DNA from: Balamuthia mandrillaris | Lineage: Eukaryota | Direction of reading: 5' to 3' | DNA: 64,000 nt | NCBI GenBank assembly: GCA_031835245.2 | Contig: JAVKOQ020000026.1 | Location: 124,001 to 188,000 of the forward strand | Shown here: positions 36,107-49,214 of the stretch, in pieces | Position numbering within the stretch: position 1 is the stretch's first letter | Layout: each line of letters begins with the position of its first letter | Translations under genes and position numbers: made by a program | The notes under the pieces: model-generated | What the model saw: only the letters and a program-made list of their open reading frames with translations | The model's database searches: none | Told to the model about the DNA's origin: nothing

Positions 36107-39100
36107 ATGTTTACTGCTGCTGCATCCCCCTCCTCCTCCTCGTCGGAGACGAACAAGAACAAGAAAAAAAAGAGCAGGGCCAGCAGCGCGAGCCACGAGC
36201 GAGGCTCTCTGGCTGGGGCGGGCGGCGGGGGCGCCACCCCTTTCCCCGTGGCCTGTCCCCCTCCCCAGAAAAAACGACGGTTTGCCTCTTGCCCATCTCT
36301 TTCCTGCCAACCTTCCTCCACATCCGCCTCCTCCTCCTGCCCCTACTCCACAACCTTACCTTCAACTGCATCTCCTTCCTCGACGGTATTAAGAATGAAC
36401 GCCCCTTCACCTTCCTCCTCTTCCTCTTCCTCTTCTTCCCTGTGCTCTTCTCCATTGAACTTTCAACAAGGTGGACCTCCTTCTACCTCAGCAACAACCG
36501 CTTTTCTTCACGACCCTACGTCTCCATTTTCCTCTCCTTCCCCCTCTTCTCCTTCAACTTTGACAGCAACAACACAGCCACATCATCATAAACAAAGCAT
36601 ACGACGCGGGCGTGCGTCAACACCAACGTTGACCGTTCATAAACCAAAACGGAAGAGACGGTGGGGAGGAGAGGAGGAGGGCGAAGAAAACGAGCAAGCA
36701 GAGGACGCGCATGCATACCACCAGCGCCACGTTCACCAACAACCACCTCACCAACGGGAGGCAGCTTTGCACCATCTCCTTTTGCCTCCACTCGTCCCTT
36801 CTCCTTCTTCATCTCCTTCTCTATCCCCTGCAACTACAACCTCCATAACCTCGATGCCGTCCTCTTACTTCAACTACTATTGCAACACCAATAATGGCGG
36901 TGGCTACTGCAGTGAAGGCCAAGAGGAGGACGCCGAGGAAGAAAGACGACGAAAGCAGGAGGGAGAGGAAGCAACTGTTAACAACAATAGCAACAACTTC
37001 AATCAGCACCGTCGGTTTAGGGCTTTGACATCCTCTGGAAGGATGCCAGCGCAAGGTCCGTTGGGTGGCGGAGAGGACTTCACTTTCGGATTAGAAGGAG
37101 GGGGAAGCAGTTCTCAGACTTGGTCATCATTGGCGTCATCTCCGCCATCTTCATCATCTTCATCGTCGTCTGCTTCTTCTTCTTTTTCAGATTGTAACGT
37201 GGAAGGAGAAGAAGGAAGAGTTGGAGGAGCGCTCTCTTCAATGCCATTGTTGCAGTTAAGAGAGCTGGTGGCAAAGTATAAAGCAGCATGCAATGACAAG
37301 CTGGTAGTGGATGCTGATGTTTTTGATAGTTTTCTCAACTATTTGAATTTGTTGGAAAAGATCGAGCAGTATTCAACGGTCAGTTCTCTCTCCCCCTCCC
37401 TCCCTCCTTCCCTCTCTCCTGTCTTGCTTTGACGCTGATTTTGGCACCCAACAATATGCACTTTAACAGAAGTTTGGCAAAGAAGAGTTTGCATGGTCGC
37501 TCGGACTGTTTGCCATTCTTCCTCTCGAAATGGTGCTTCATATCTTCTCCTACTTTACAATAGAAGAGCTATGCGGTATCCGAACCGTGTGCAAGAGCTT
37601 CAACGACATCAGCCGCCACGATGATCTCTGGAAACGCCTCTATGAGCAAAACTGTCCACCTCTTCGCAACGAGCTGTACGAGCGCTTCCGAAAGAGTTGG
37701 GAATGGCTGTTTCGTAGCAAGATGGTTCGGTTCGAAGATCCAAAACAGATACTTGACGGTGCCGTTGGATACTATCTTGTTCCTTTACCTGAACATCAAC
37801 TGCAGCAACATAGCGATGGGGGCAGAGGAGGCAGAATGACCACCACTACAACAGGAGGAACAGGCAGAAGTAACAGACAACACCGCCGGAGAAGAGGCAG
37901 ACGAGACGAAGAGGAGGAAGAACAAAACGTGCTCTGCCGCCTGGAAGGAGAATGGCGTGATGGCAACCTGCACGGCTACGGAATGGAGACAAGCCGCATT
38001 GACCCTCGTGGCGGCGTTTTTGAAGGCCAATGGCGTCACGGCCGCCTAGAAGGGTACGCCAAAGCACAGTGGCAGGACGGCGACGTCTACGAGGGCATGT
38101 GGCGGGATGACTGCGAGAACGGCCAAGGGACGCACCGCTATACAGCTGATGGGGGTTGCTACACAGGTGAATGGAAGGATAGGCAGCGCCATGGCAGGGG
38201 CAAGATGATCTACGGCGATGGAGGAGTATATGAGGGCCAGTGGGCCAACAATGCCAGGAACGGTTGTGGCGTTTGTCGGTGGCCCGACGGAAGGTTATAC
38301 GAAGGACAGTGGAAGGATGATGACCGCCACGGACAAGGAAAGATGGTGGATGCTGGCGGAGGGGTGTACGAAGGGGAGTGGTTCAAAGACTATGAGCACG
38401 GCCATGGGGTGTACATTTGGCCGGATGGAGAGCGACATGTGGGTGCTTGGTTGGATGGCTACATGAACGGCATGGGCGTGAGGTACTACGCTGATGGAAG
38501 GAAGTTCATGGGCAACTTTGTCAACGACCGCTTTGAAGGCTATGGACAGTACTATTGGCCCAGCGGGGCTCGCTATGAGGGCTATTGGAAGGACAATGTG
38601 AGGAACGGAAGAGGCACCATGTTCTTTACCGAAGGAGAGAAGTATGAGGGCGAGTGGAAGAACGACTGTCAGCACGGCTATGGCGTGTTTACTTGGCCTG
38701 GTACGTTTTCTCTCTCTCTCTCTCTTTTTGCCCTTGCATCTCTGCAATCTTGTTGTTCTCCTTCTTCCTTCTTCTTTTTTTTATTTACCATCTTCGTTAT
38801 TTTCAAAAATAAATGCACGCAGATGGCAAGAAATATACAGGTGAATGGAAAAAGAACAAACGACAAGGAATGGGGATGATGGTTGGCCGAGGCAACGTCT
38901 ACAGCGGCGGCTGGCGCAACGACCAAGAGCATGGCAAAGGTACCTTTATGCGGGCAGACTCCTCCAAGTACGTCGGAAGGTGGAAGAAAGGGCTGAAGCA
39001 CGGTGGCGGCATGGTATTTAACGAACAGGGAGAAGTCTTTTACAATGGCAAGTGGAAGAAGAACAAGCGGCATGGCTATGGAGTATACCGTACGTATATT

Positions 39101-39731
39101 TTCTGATTTTCTCTTTCTGGTTTTATTTTTTTATTTCAATTGTTATGTCCTTTGTCTCATTCGCTTTTTTCACAAAAAATAACCAGTATGGCCAAATGGC
39201 GCCAAGTACGAAGGCCGCTATCGCAAAGGAGAGAAGCACGGCTACGGCGTGCACGTCTGGCCCAACGGCGCTGAGTACAAGGGCCAATGGAAGCGCGGCG
39301 AGAAGCACGGCATGGGCTTCATGCGATATGCCGACGGCAGCACCTACGAAGGGCAATGGCGCAACGGCCGCCGCCACGGCTATGGGCTATACATTTGGCC
39401 CAACGGCAGCAAGTACGATGGGCTCTGGCAACGAGGAGAGATGGTGCCATCAATCAGCAACTACAATGGAGAGAGAAGCGGTGCGGGTGCGGGTGCGGGT
39501 GCGAGAGGGAGCGAACGGCCGGCGTTGTGGCTGGAGGAGGAAGATGAGGATAGTTCTTCTTCTTCTTCATCCTCCTCTTCGTCGTCGGGCTCATCGTCGC
39601 CGTCGTCATCGGCGGTGACCTCGGAGGCCTCGTCGGAGGGCTCCTCCGAGGAGTGCCGCTCGCCGCAGACGCACGCTCAGGACAGCCCGGTGGTCTCGCT
39701 GTCTTCCTCGGCTCTGTCATCCTCCTCTTGA
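36107..39731 (+). CDS. F-box + MORN-repeat protein
   Basis: F-box FAILPLEMVLHIFSYF...VCKSFNDISRHDDLWKRLY, followed by many YEGxWxxxxRHGxG MORN repeats over three exons; Ser-rich termini. Confidence 0.88.
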
Positions 39732-40086
39732 ACAAGAAGGGGGGGGGGGGCAGAGATGCTTTGTACATGTGACACCTTTCCAATGGGCACAATGAAAAAT
39801 TATCCAAAAAATTTGGCTCACAATCCCACCCAAAATTTACTACCAATTTTTGGACGATTTTCCCCATCTCATACCCCCTTGCCATTGGGATATTGTCATG
39901 TACAAAAAAAAATGCGGCAAAAAAACTCATGCGAACTCCATCATGTCGTCGTGGGAGAGATATCTATCTCACGGGACGACACGAAAGAAGAGAAAAGAAA
40001 GAAAAAATAAATACCCGTCGCCGAAGAAAGAAGAAAGAAGAGAAAGAAGGAGAGGAGAGAGACGTGGCACTTTTTTTTTTCTTTGT

Positions 40087-40125
<39 letters not shown>

Positions 40126-40226
40126 GGTGTGTGCCGCGCTCTTTTTTCTCTCTCTCTCTCTTTTCCTTCTTTAGTGGGTTTGGTGAACTTTTTTTAAAAA
40201 AAACCACACAAAACGAAACAAAAGCA

Positions 40227-40862
40227 ATGGCGTTCTTAGGCCTCACCGAGGCGGTGGTTCTTCTGCTGGCCGGCCTTTTTGTACGCCGACGCTTCACTTT
40301 TTTTATTGTTATCATCATTATTAATCTCTTACTTTTTTCTTTGTTGCTCCGTTTTTTTTTGAAAGCTGTTCATCTCCATCAAATTGTTCCGCTACCTTCG
40401 TGAGCTCTCCAAAACGAGCGTTCTCTGGGAGGAAGGAGAGCGAGCCTACGTGGACGTCAGCACCAACGAGCGCAAAAATTTTCCCTCCACTACGCTCTCC
40501 CCCGCCGTCACCCTCTCCGTGGTCATCCCGGCCTACAACGAGGAGAAGCGGCTGCCGGTCATGTTGGACGAGACCCTGGACTACCTCGACGGAAGGAGGC
40601 GGAAAGACCCGCACTTCTCCTTTGAGATCATTGTGGTGGATGATGGGAGCAGGGACAAGACCACCAAAGTGGCGCATGAGTACGCGAAGAAGAGGAACGA
40701 CGGGGAGGACCTGCGAGTGCTGACGCTGTTGAAGAACAGGGGTAAAGGAGGAGCTGTAAAAAGGGTTTGTTCATTTCTCTCGTTTTTTTTAATTATTGTT
40801 ATTTTGCTTCATCTCTTCTCTTGCTCTCTCTTCCTCTCTGCTCTAGTTCTCTCGTTCTAGCC

Positions 40863-40914
<52 letters not shown>

Positions 40915-41623
40915 TCTATCTTCTTTCTTTGATGAAGCGTTACAAACGGAATGAATGCTGATATGATGACAACAGGGCATGCTCTGTGCGCGTGGTGAGT
41001 ACATTTTGATGGTGGATGCTGACGGAGCAACCAAGTTTTCCGACATTGAAAGGCTCGAGGCGAAATTGAAAAAAGTTGAAGAAAATGAGTTTGGAATTGC
41101 GGTGGGCTCTCGGGACCATCTTAAAGATGACGCTGTTGCCAAGGTTAACTCACTTCCTTGTTGTTTACTTTCTTGCTTTACTATCCGTATTTTTGCTTGC
41201 TTTTTTATCTTCTTTCTTCTTCTTGCTTCTTTTTCTTTCTTCACATCATCTCACCTTATTTCTTTGTTTTTAAAATAAATTCAAACCTATCAGAGGTCTC
41301 CTCTCCGCAACTTGTTGATGCACGGCTTCCACATGTTCGTGTTGATGTGCGTGCGAGGCATCAAAGACACACAATGCGGCTTCAAGCTGTTCACCAGAAA
41401 GGCAGCCTTCAGCGTAGCCCCTTCCTTACACATCGAGAGATGGGCGTTCGACGTGGAGTTGCTTTACATCGCGCAACAGAAGAAGATACCCATCGTGGAG
41501 GTGGCGGTGAACTGGCAGGAGATTGCCGGCTCAACATTGGAGCCGCTCACCGCATCCATACAGATGGCGCGCGACATCTTTCGCATTCGGTTGTTCTATG
41601 CTTTGGGTGTATGGAAGTATTAA
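40227..41623 (+). CDS. ALG5: Dolichyl-phosphate beta-glucosyltransferase
   Basis: N-terminal TM; LSVVIPAYNEEKRL; EIIVVDDGSRDKT; NRGKGGAV; ILMVDADGATKF; GIKDTQCGFKLF; HIERWAFDVELL. Confidence 0.93.
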
Positions 41624-41842
41624 TATAATAAAACACGAACAGAAAACATACAACGAAAGTCGAAGAAAAAGAAAGACAGAGAGGGAGGGCTTTGTTTTCT
41701 GCTTTCTCGAGAGAGACAAAAAGGAGACGAGAAACAGGGAGCAACTGGCCAATCAAAAATCAGATCTCATATAGATCAAGAAATTACAGAGAAATTTTAG
41801 GCTTGCAGTAGGTGACGACACGTCAGCTCACCAAACTCCGGC

Positions 41843-41973
41843 TCGCAGTAGCGCGCAGTATTTCTGCCTTGGAAATTGCTGGCCAATCAGCTCGCAGTAT
41901 TAGAAAATAGACCAAAATACTGCGCGCTACTGCGAAGTTGAAAGTATTACCTTTTTTCCGCTGGGTATAAAAG
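41843..41973 (+). promoter_or_regulatory. Actin promoter: 21-bp perfect inverted repeat, CCAAT box and TATA box
   Basis: TCGCAGTAGCGCGCAGTATTT at 41843-41863 and its exact reverse complement at 41915-41935; GGCCAATCAG at 41881; TATAAAAG at 41966-41973. Confidence 0.7.
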
Positions 41974-42039
41974 CAATGAACGGTTCGCCGTTTATTATTT
42001 TCTTTGCGTGACTAAACAGACACAACACAACAAACTTAA

Positions 42040-43170
<1,131 letters not shown>

Positions 43171-43749
43171 GTTTGTTGTAGTGTAGTGTGGTGTAACCCA
43201 CCACAACCCGCTTGATAATAATAATGTTAAAAACACATCCTCTCTTGTCTGGTTGTCCTTTCTTCTCGGCCTTTTTCGCGTGCAACTTCCTTTTGTTCAT
43301 CCTTCTAGCGAGAAAGTACAGAACTAAGACAGCGTAGCTGAAGGCCAGGAGATAACCGTATCTATTTTTTGTTGCGGGTTAAACAAAACAAAGTGATGCG
43401 TCGCGGCGCAGTGCGGCCTTTTGGTGTCGCACCTCCTTTCATCCTATTTGCTTGCGGTGCTGGCTTTCCTAGTTCGTGGATAACTTGAAGCAGTGTTCAT
43501 TGCTCTGCGTTCTTCCTCACAACAGCTAGAACCCAAACCCTCTTTCCCATACTTTGACCAAGTCTAAAGAACTCATGAAACAACCCTTTGCTTAACACAC
43601 GGTAACCCCTCTTAGGTTTGGATTGTATTGATAAATACACACCCAGCCCGCCAAAAATAAATAAATAAATAAATGATTACCATCAAGAACAGAACATAAA
43701 ATAAAAAAGCGTTTGTTGTTGGTTACTGTATGAAATGTTGGGTTGGGTT

Positions 43750-45203
43750 TTAAAAGTTTTGAGAAGGTCTGGCCCACTCCACGTTGAGAATGAGGTGGTC
43801 GTAGCCATAGCCACTGAGGTTCTCGATGGCCTTGGCTGCATCCTCCTTGTAGGCGAACGTGATGAAGGCAAAGCCGCGGGACAAACCGGTGGATTTGTTC
43901 TTGGCGAGGAAGACTCGTTGGATGGGTCCGAACCTTCGGAACAGTTCGCGCAGATCTTCCTCCCTTGTGTCGTCGGACAAGTTTGTGACACGCACTGTGG
44001 TTGTGTCGTCTGTTTAAATTGTTTGTGTGTAAGTCCATAAATTCCAAAGACAGGAGAGAAGAAACTAATAAAATAACAACGATAAAAAAAGAGAGCATGG
44101 GAAAACGATAAAAGGAAAGAAAAGGCATACCTCTTTCTCTGTCGCGATCAGCTCCACGACGAAGCGAGGGCGGAAGGTAAGCTCCACCCGCTCTGTCACC
44201 ACCTTCAGCAGGAGCACCTTCTACATTGTAGAAAAAAAAGAGAATATAGAGTTGAAGAGAACAAGAGGAAAATTAAGGAAATGAGAAAATCAACAAATGA
44301 ACGATGGTCAGGATGGATACCAACACAAAACAACAAAACAACAAAAAACAAAGCAAAGCAAAAAAAAAGGACAATTGGTGAGGGGAGGGATAGAAACCTT
44401 CTTTGTCTTCTGAAGCGCCACCGGTAACCTCGTCCCAACTGCGGGCACCCAATCTTTGTGCTCTGCTCATCCAGGTCTCCTTCTTGGTGGGCACATCATC
44501 GATAACTAGCTTCATGCTTTCCTCCTCCTCCTCTCTCTTCTTTCGGCTCGTCAGTTCGACCTCCACCACCTCTCCCAACAGGGTAACTCCTTGTTCTCCT
44601 GGTCGGCAGTCACCAAATTTGGCCCATTTCTTTGAAAACAAGGAGAGAAAAAAAAAGAGATGAGAAGTTGCAAAAGGAAAACAAAGAAGAGGTCGAGACA
44701 CGAAGAGGAAAAACAAGGGAGTCGAGAAAAGCGAGCAGAAGCGAAGAGAAAATGTGGAGAAGAAAGGGAAGGAGGAAGAGCGAAGAGAAGAAAAGCGGAA
44801 AGAGAGAGACAGGAAAGAAGACAACAGTGAAAAAAAGAGGCTCAAATGCGAAAGCAGGGTATACCTTGCGTGCTTGCGCTTGTTTGCTGATCTTGACGCG
44901 CTTTTTGTACACTTTGAGATTTTTTGTGGTTTTGACCTTCTGGCCGAGCTCGTTGGTGGTGTACTCGACCACGGTCCTTATTCTCACTCCGTTTTCGTCG
45001 GGCTGAGACTCTATGACCTTGGTGCCGGTCATATCTCTCTCCTCCTCCTCAATGTCACCCCAACTGGGTTTATCGCTGTTGCATTGAATAGCACAAATAA
45101 AATATTGTCAGTGTTCGCTCACACTCACCCCCAAATAACAGAAAAGAGAGAAAGAGCGAGAGAACAGGTGTGTGACGTACCCCCAAAGTTGATCTGTTTC
45201 CAT
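43750..45203 (-). CDS. EIF3G: Eukaryotic translation initiation factor 3 subunit G
   Basis: SWGD; NGVRIRTVVEY...GQKVKTT; RKKWAKFGD; YLPPSLR; RRM VRVTNLS...FGPIQRVFLAK...SRGFAFITF...GYGYDHLILNVEWA. Confidence 0.92.
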
Positions 45204-45424
45204 GTTGTTGTGTTCTGAATTCTTTTTTTTTTGTTTGAACAAATATAAAAATATTGTTAGTGATTGACGTTCGTTTTTTTTTTTTTCAGAAAGCCCCAAC
45301 ACACCACCGCAGAAGAACGTTCAAAGAACACAAACCGTTGGTTTTCCCAAAAGCTTCCTTTCGATCCGATGTGTTGTTTTTCTTTATTCCTTCTTTCTTC
45401 TCTTTTTTTTTTGTTCTTCCTGCT

Positions 45425-45632
45425 CATTACTCCTCAAGCACGACTCATCCTCAACTCCACCTTTGGCATCTTCAGAATGGAAAGAATGTTGATCGTTCCG
45501 AGGGGTCATTGGTGTTTCGCTCAACACTCCTCAAGCACTACGCATCATTACTCCTCAAGCACGACTCATCCTCAACCCTACTCCTTTGGCATCTTCAGAA
45601 TGGCAAGAATGTTGATCGTTCCGAGGGGTCAT
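45425..45632. repeat. Imperfect ~85-bp direct repeat, 2 copies
   Basis: CATTACTCCTCAAGCACGACTCATCCTCAA...GATCGTTCCGAGGGGTCAT at 45425-45509 and 45546-45632. Confidence 0.9.
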
Positions 45633-46503
45633 CCCTTACATCTCCTCTACAACCCCGAAATTAGGCACAATTCCCCATTTCCATTTCGTGTCGACAATCC
45701 TAACAACCATCGATCTAAAGTGCCCCCATCTCTGATTTTCCGTTGGTTCCGTCCGGGTTTGACCACGATCAGAACGGAAAACCCTCGCCCATCTCATAAA
45801 CCGCAGGGCAACCCTGCCCCTCCACGCGTCTTCAGCGCAGCAACCAAACAACAGGCCAAGAAAGCACAGAAACCGAGAGAGGGGGGAGTCTGCTCTCTTT
45901 CCATCCTTCCTTCCTTCCCTCCTGCCCGCAACGAATCAATTCTTCTGCCCTTCCCCTCCCCTCCCCTCCACATTGTTTTTTTTTTTGGTATTCCAAGGTT
46001 TGGCTTTCACCACTCTCTTTTTTTGTACCCCTCCCCTCCTTCCTTGTTCGATGAGGAGGATGTCCTCCTTTACCATCGCTGACCGTCTACTACCTTTTTT
46101 TTTTTCTCGTTTTTCTTCGAACACGGTGTTGGTGCTTGCTGCTGCCCGTTCTTTCTTTCTTTCTTTCTTTCGGTTGTTCCCGTTTGGGTTGCCCACTACT
46201 TTTGTTTTGTGGGTACTGCTGCCCTGCTGACCTGTTGTTGTCGTTTCCTTTTCCTTTCTTTCTCTCTCGCTTTTCTCTCACTACGCTTTCTCTCTTCACC
46301 GCTGCCGTTGCCGTTGCTGTTGCCGCTGCTGCCAACGGGGTTGCTGATACTGCTGCTGCTCCTCGATGGGACCAACAGACGGATAGAGCAAAAGTTAGCC
46401 CCATACATTCCAACTGCGGCAGTGATAGTTTTCTGAGTATCCAAGCAAGGAAGAAAGATCAAACGAGCAAGCGATCAAACAGAGCAACCAACAACGCTGA
46501 AGG

Positions 46504-48879
46504 ATGTTGAGGGTAAAGCCGCAAGTAAGCAACGAGTTGGCGCGAGCGCAAGCGCTGGAAGAACTGGAGGAAGAGGAAGAAGAGGAGGAAGAGGAAGAAG
46601 AGGAGGAAGAGGAGGAAGAGGAAGAAGAAGAGGAAGAAGAGGAAGAAGAGGAGGATGGAGAAACTGTACTAATTGAAGAAATAGTAGAAGAACTGGTGGA
46701 GGAAGAAGAGGTAGAGGAAGAGGAGATGGAAGGAGAGGAGGAAGCAGCTTCACAGCGAGGTGATAGGGCAGAACCAGAGAAGGAGAAGAAGAAAAAAGCA
46801 GGATTTGTATGCACGGTCTGCGGCAAGAAGATCAACTCTGCGCGAGGATTGGCCATTCACACTGGTCGGTTGCACAAAGGAGAGGCCTCCAATAGCGCCA
46901 CCGATGTTGTTTCTCGGGCAGAGACAAGCCCAGCCACTTCGCCTGCTTCTGCCTCTGCTGCCGCGGCTCCTATCGCCACTGCTCCCACTGCCGACTCTTT
47001 AAACACCAACAATGGTAGCTCGAAGAGGAGTAGTAAAAGCAAAAGCAAGAGCAAAAGTAAAAGCAAAAACAAGAGGGAGAAGGATGGCGAGCACCATCAC
47101 CACTCGAAAAAGAAAAAATCGTCCAAGAAGAAGTCGTCCAAGAAAAAGCACAAGTCGAGGCAGCATATGCTGCAACCACAATCCCAACAACAAACCCAGC
47201 CGCGGCCGACCACTACCACCGCTTCATCTTCAACTGCTCCTACCTTTGATCAACAACTTCAACCTCAGCCGCAACAACCATTACTCTCACAAATGAGTGG
47301 CAGCATTGGCGTGGAGCTTCCTGTGGACCCATCCAGTCTTCCCGCTGAGGAAACCGCCTCTGTCTCTGGACACTTTCCCAGTTCTTCATCCGCTTCTTCC
47401 TCTACCTCTTCACCGCCTTCCTCTTCATTCTCTCCTACCTCTTCTCCCTTCCTTTCTACTCCTGGCGCTGGAGCTACTGGCACTGGTGAAGGATTAGGCG
47501 TGAATGTAGGCGTAGGTGTAGCCGTGGTAAGCTCGCTTTCTGGTAGTAGCAGCCCTCAAGAAACGCCAGGTAGGAAGAGAAAGAGACACACCGCTTCACC
47601 CTCAGTACAAGAGAAACGGTTGGAACGATATCGCAGCGCTCCTTCTAAGGTATTTTCTATTTCCTTTCTATTTCTTCTTTCGAATGTGTAACACAATTCC
47701 TATTGAAATGTGCAGCAAGTGCAAGATAGGATCGATCGCGCATTGGGACAACGTATGTTCCTTGTGCAGCGGTGCGAACCTTCGGACAAGGACCTTCGCG
47801 AGTTGCGGCGGCAATTTGTAGTACTTGGTTAGATTTCTCTCCTTCATTCTTAGTTATCTTCCTTCTCCTTTCTCGTGTCTCTGATTTTCGCCTCTCAAAT
47901 TAATGCCTCTATTTTTGGGGGTAAAACTTAGCAGGATCTGTAGGCAATGTGTACACAGTAACGATAGGCCACAGGCCCGAATGCTCTTGTCCCGATCACG
48001 CAAAGGGCAATCTCTGCAAGCACATCGTATGCCCAACAGCCTTTTGTTTTTCTACCCTTTATCCATAAGCAACTCACTTTGCTCTCTCTCTCTCTCTCGT
48101 TTACTTTCTCCTCCAGCTGTTTGTAATGTTGAAAGTATTGCGGGTTTCCTCTACTTCGCCGCTGGTCTACCAACGGGCGTTGCTCTCAGCAGAGTTGGAG
48201 GAGATATTGCGGAACGCTCCGACTGATCCACGCACTAAAGTGTTGGCCAGCGAGGCTGTCCGTAAGCATTACGCCGAGTTGACTGGAGAGACGGACTTTA
48301 GTCGAAGAGCTATCGATGGCGATTGGTACAATCTTATTCTTTCCGTTCTGTTTTTCTTGTTTCTGCTTCTCTTTCTTTGTTATTTCGTCTCACCTCATTT
48401 CAACTTTTCGACGAACAAACAAAAAAAGCCCTATTTGTTATGAGGAGATGAGAGAGGACGAGAAACTGGTATGGTGCAAGGGCGCATGTGGCAACAACGT
48501 ACACGCCGAGTGCTTCTCTCAGTGGATGCTGATGAAGAGAGAGCGGGGTGAGGCCGTCACTTGCGTCTACTGCCGTGCACCTTGGGAGGACGACCCCATC
48601 AAGAAAAAGGGCAATGGTCTGTACTACAATGAAGGATATCTGAACCTCTCTGCCTTGCAGCCTGGCATTTCTAAAGAAAGACGTACGTTTCTCCATTCTC
48701 ATTCTCCATTCTCCATTCCTCTTTTCTTTTCTCATTTTTCTCCTTCTTTCTACTTCATATCTTTAGCAGAGTTTCAGTCATGGTCATCACAGTATTACAA
48801 CGAAGAAGATGACGATGAGTTTAACCGGTTACGTTATGCTGGCGGTGCTTTCTACGCACATGGTTTAGACATTTGGTAG
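46504..48879 (+). CDS. C2H2 + SWIM + RING zinc-finger protein (ZSWIM2/MAP3K1 N-terminal-like)
   Basis: Poly-Glu; CTVCGKK...LAIHTGRLH; GSVGNVYTVTIG...CSCPD...CKH (SWIM); CPICYEEM...WCKGACGNNVHAECF...CVYCRAPW (RING). True start uncertain. Confidence 0.8.
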
Positions 48880-49214
48880 CATAGAGAGAACGAAAGAAGA
48901 TAAAAAAAAAACGAGCAAAACGAAAGGAAAGAACAAGGAGCAAGGAGAGAAGTTCAGTTCTTTGCTTTGTTGCGTTTTTGTTTCTTGGGGTTGTTCTTCT
49001 CCTGACCCTTTCTCTTTGGCAACGGGAAGAAAAATTATTTGTGGTATTAGTAGTAGATAGAAAAAAAAAATCAAAGACGAGGAGGAAAAGAAAGCAAGCG
49101 ATAACATCTCGCTGTTGCAAACGCTTCAAAAAAAAAAACAACATGGATGCATAAAAACATAAACCATTCTCTTGTTTTTTTTTTTTTTTTTTTTATTTAA
49201 AGTAAAAAAAAACC

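Noticed and set aside
43260..43425. U2-like TTCTCGGCCTTTT, RMRP-like GCTGAAGGCC and a small hairpin downstream of actin
   Set aside because: The matches are short and lack the downstream conserved motifs (U2 branch-pairing and Sm site; MRP GGAAAGTCCCC).
45425..45632. Possible CRISPR-like array
   Set aside because: Only two long imperfect copies, no regular spacers, no cas genes, and a eukaryotic context.
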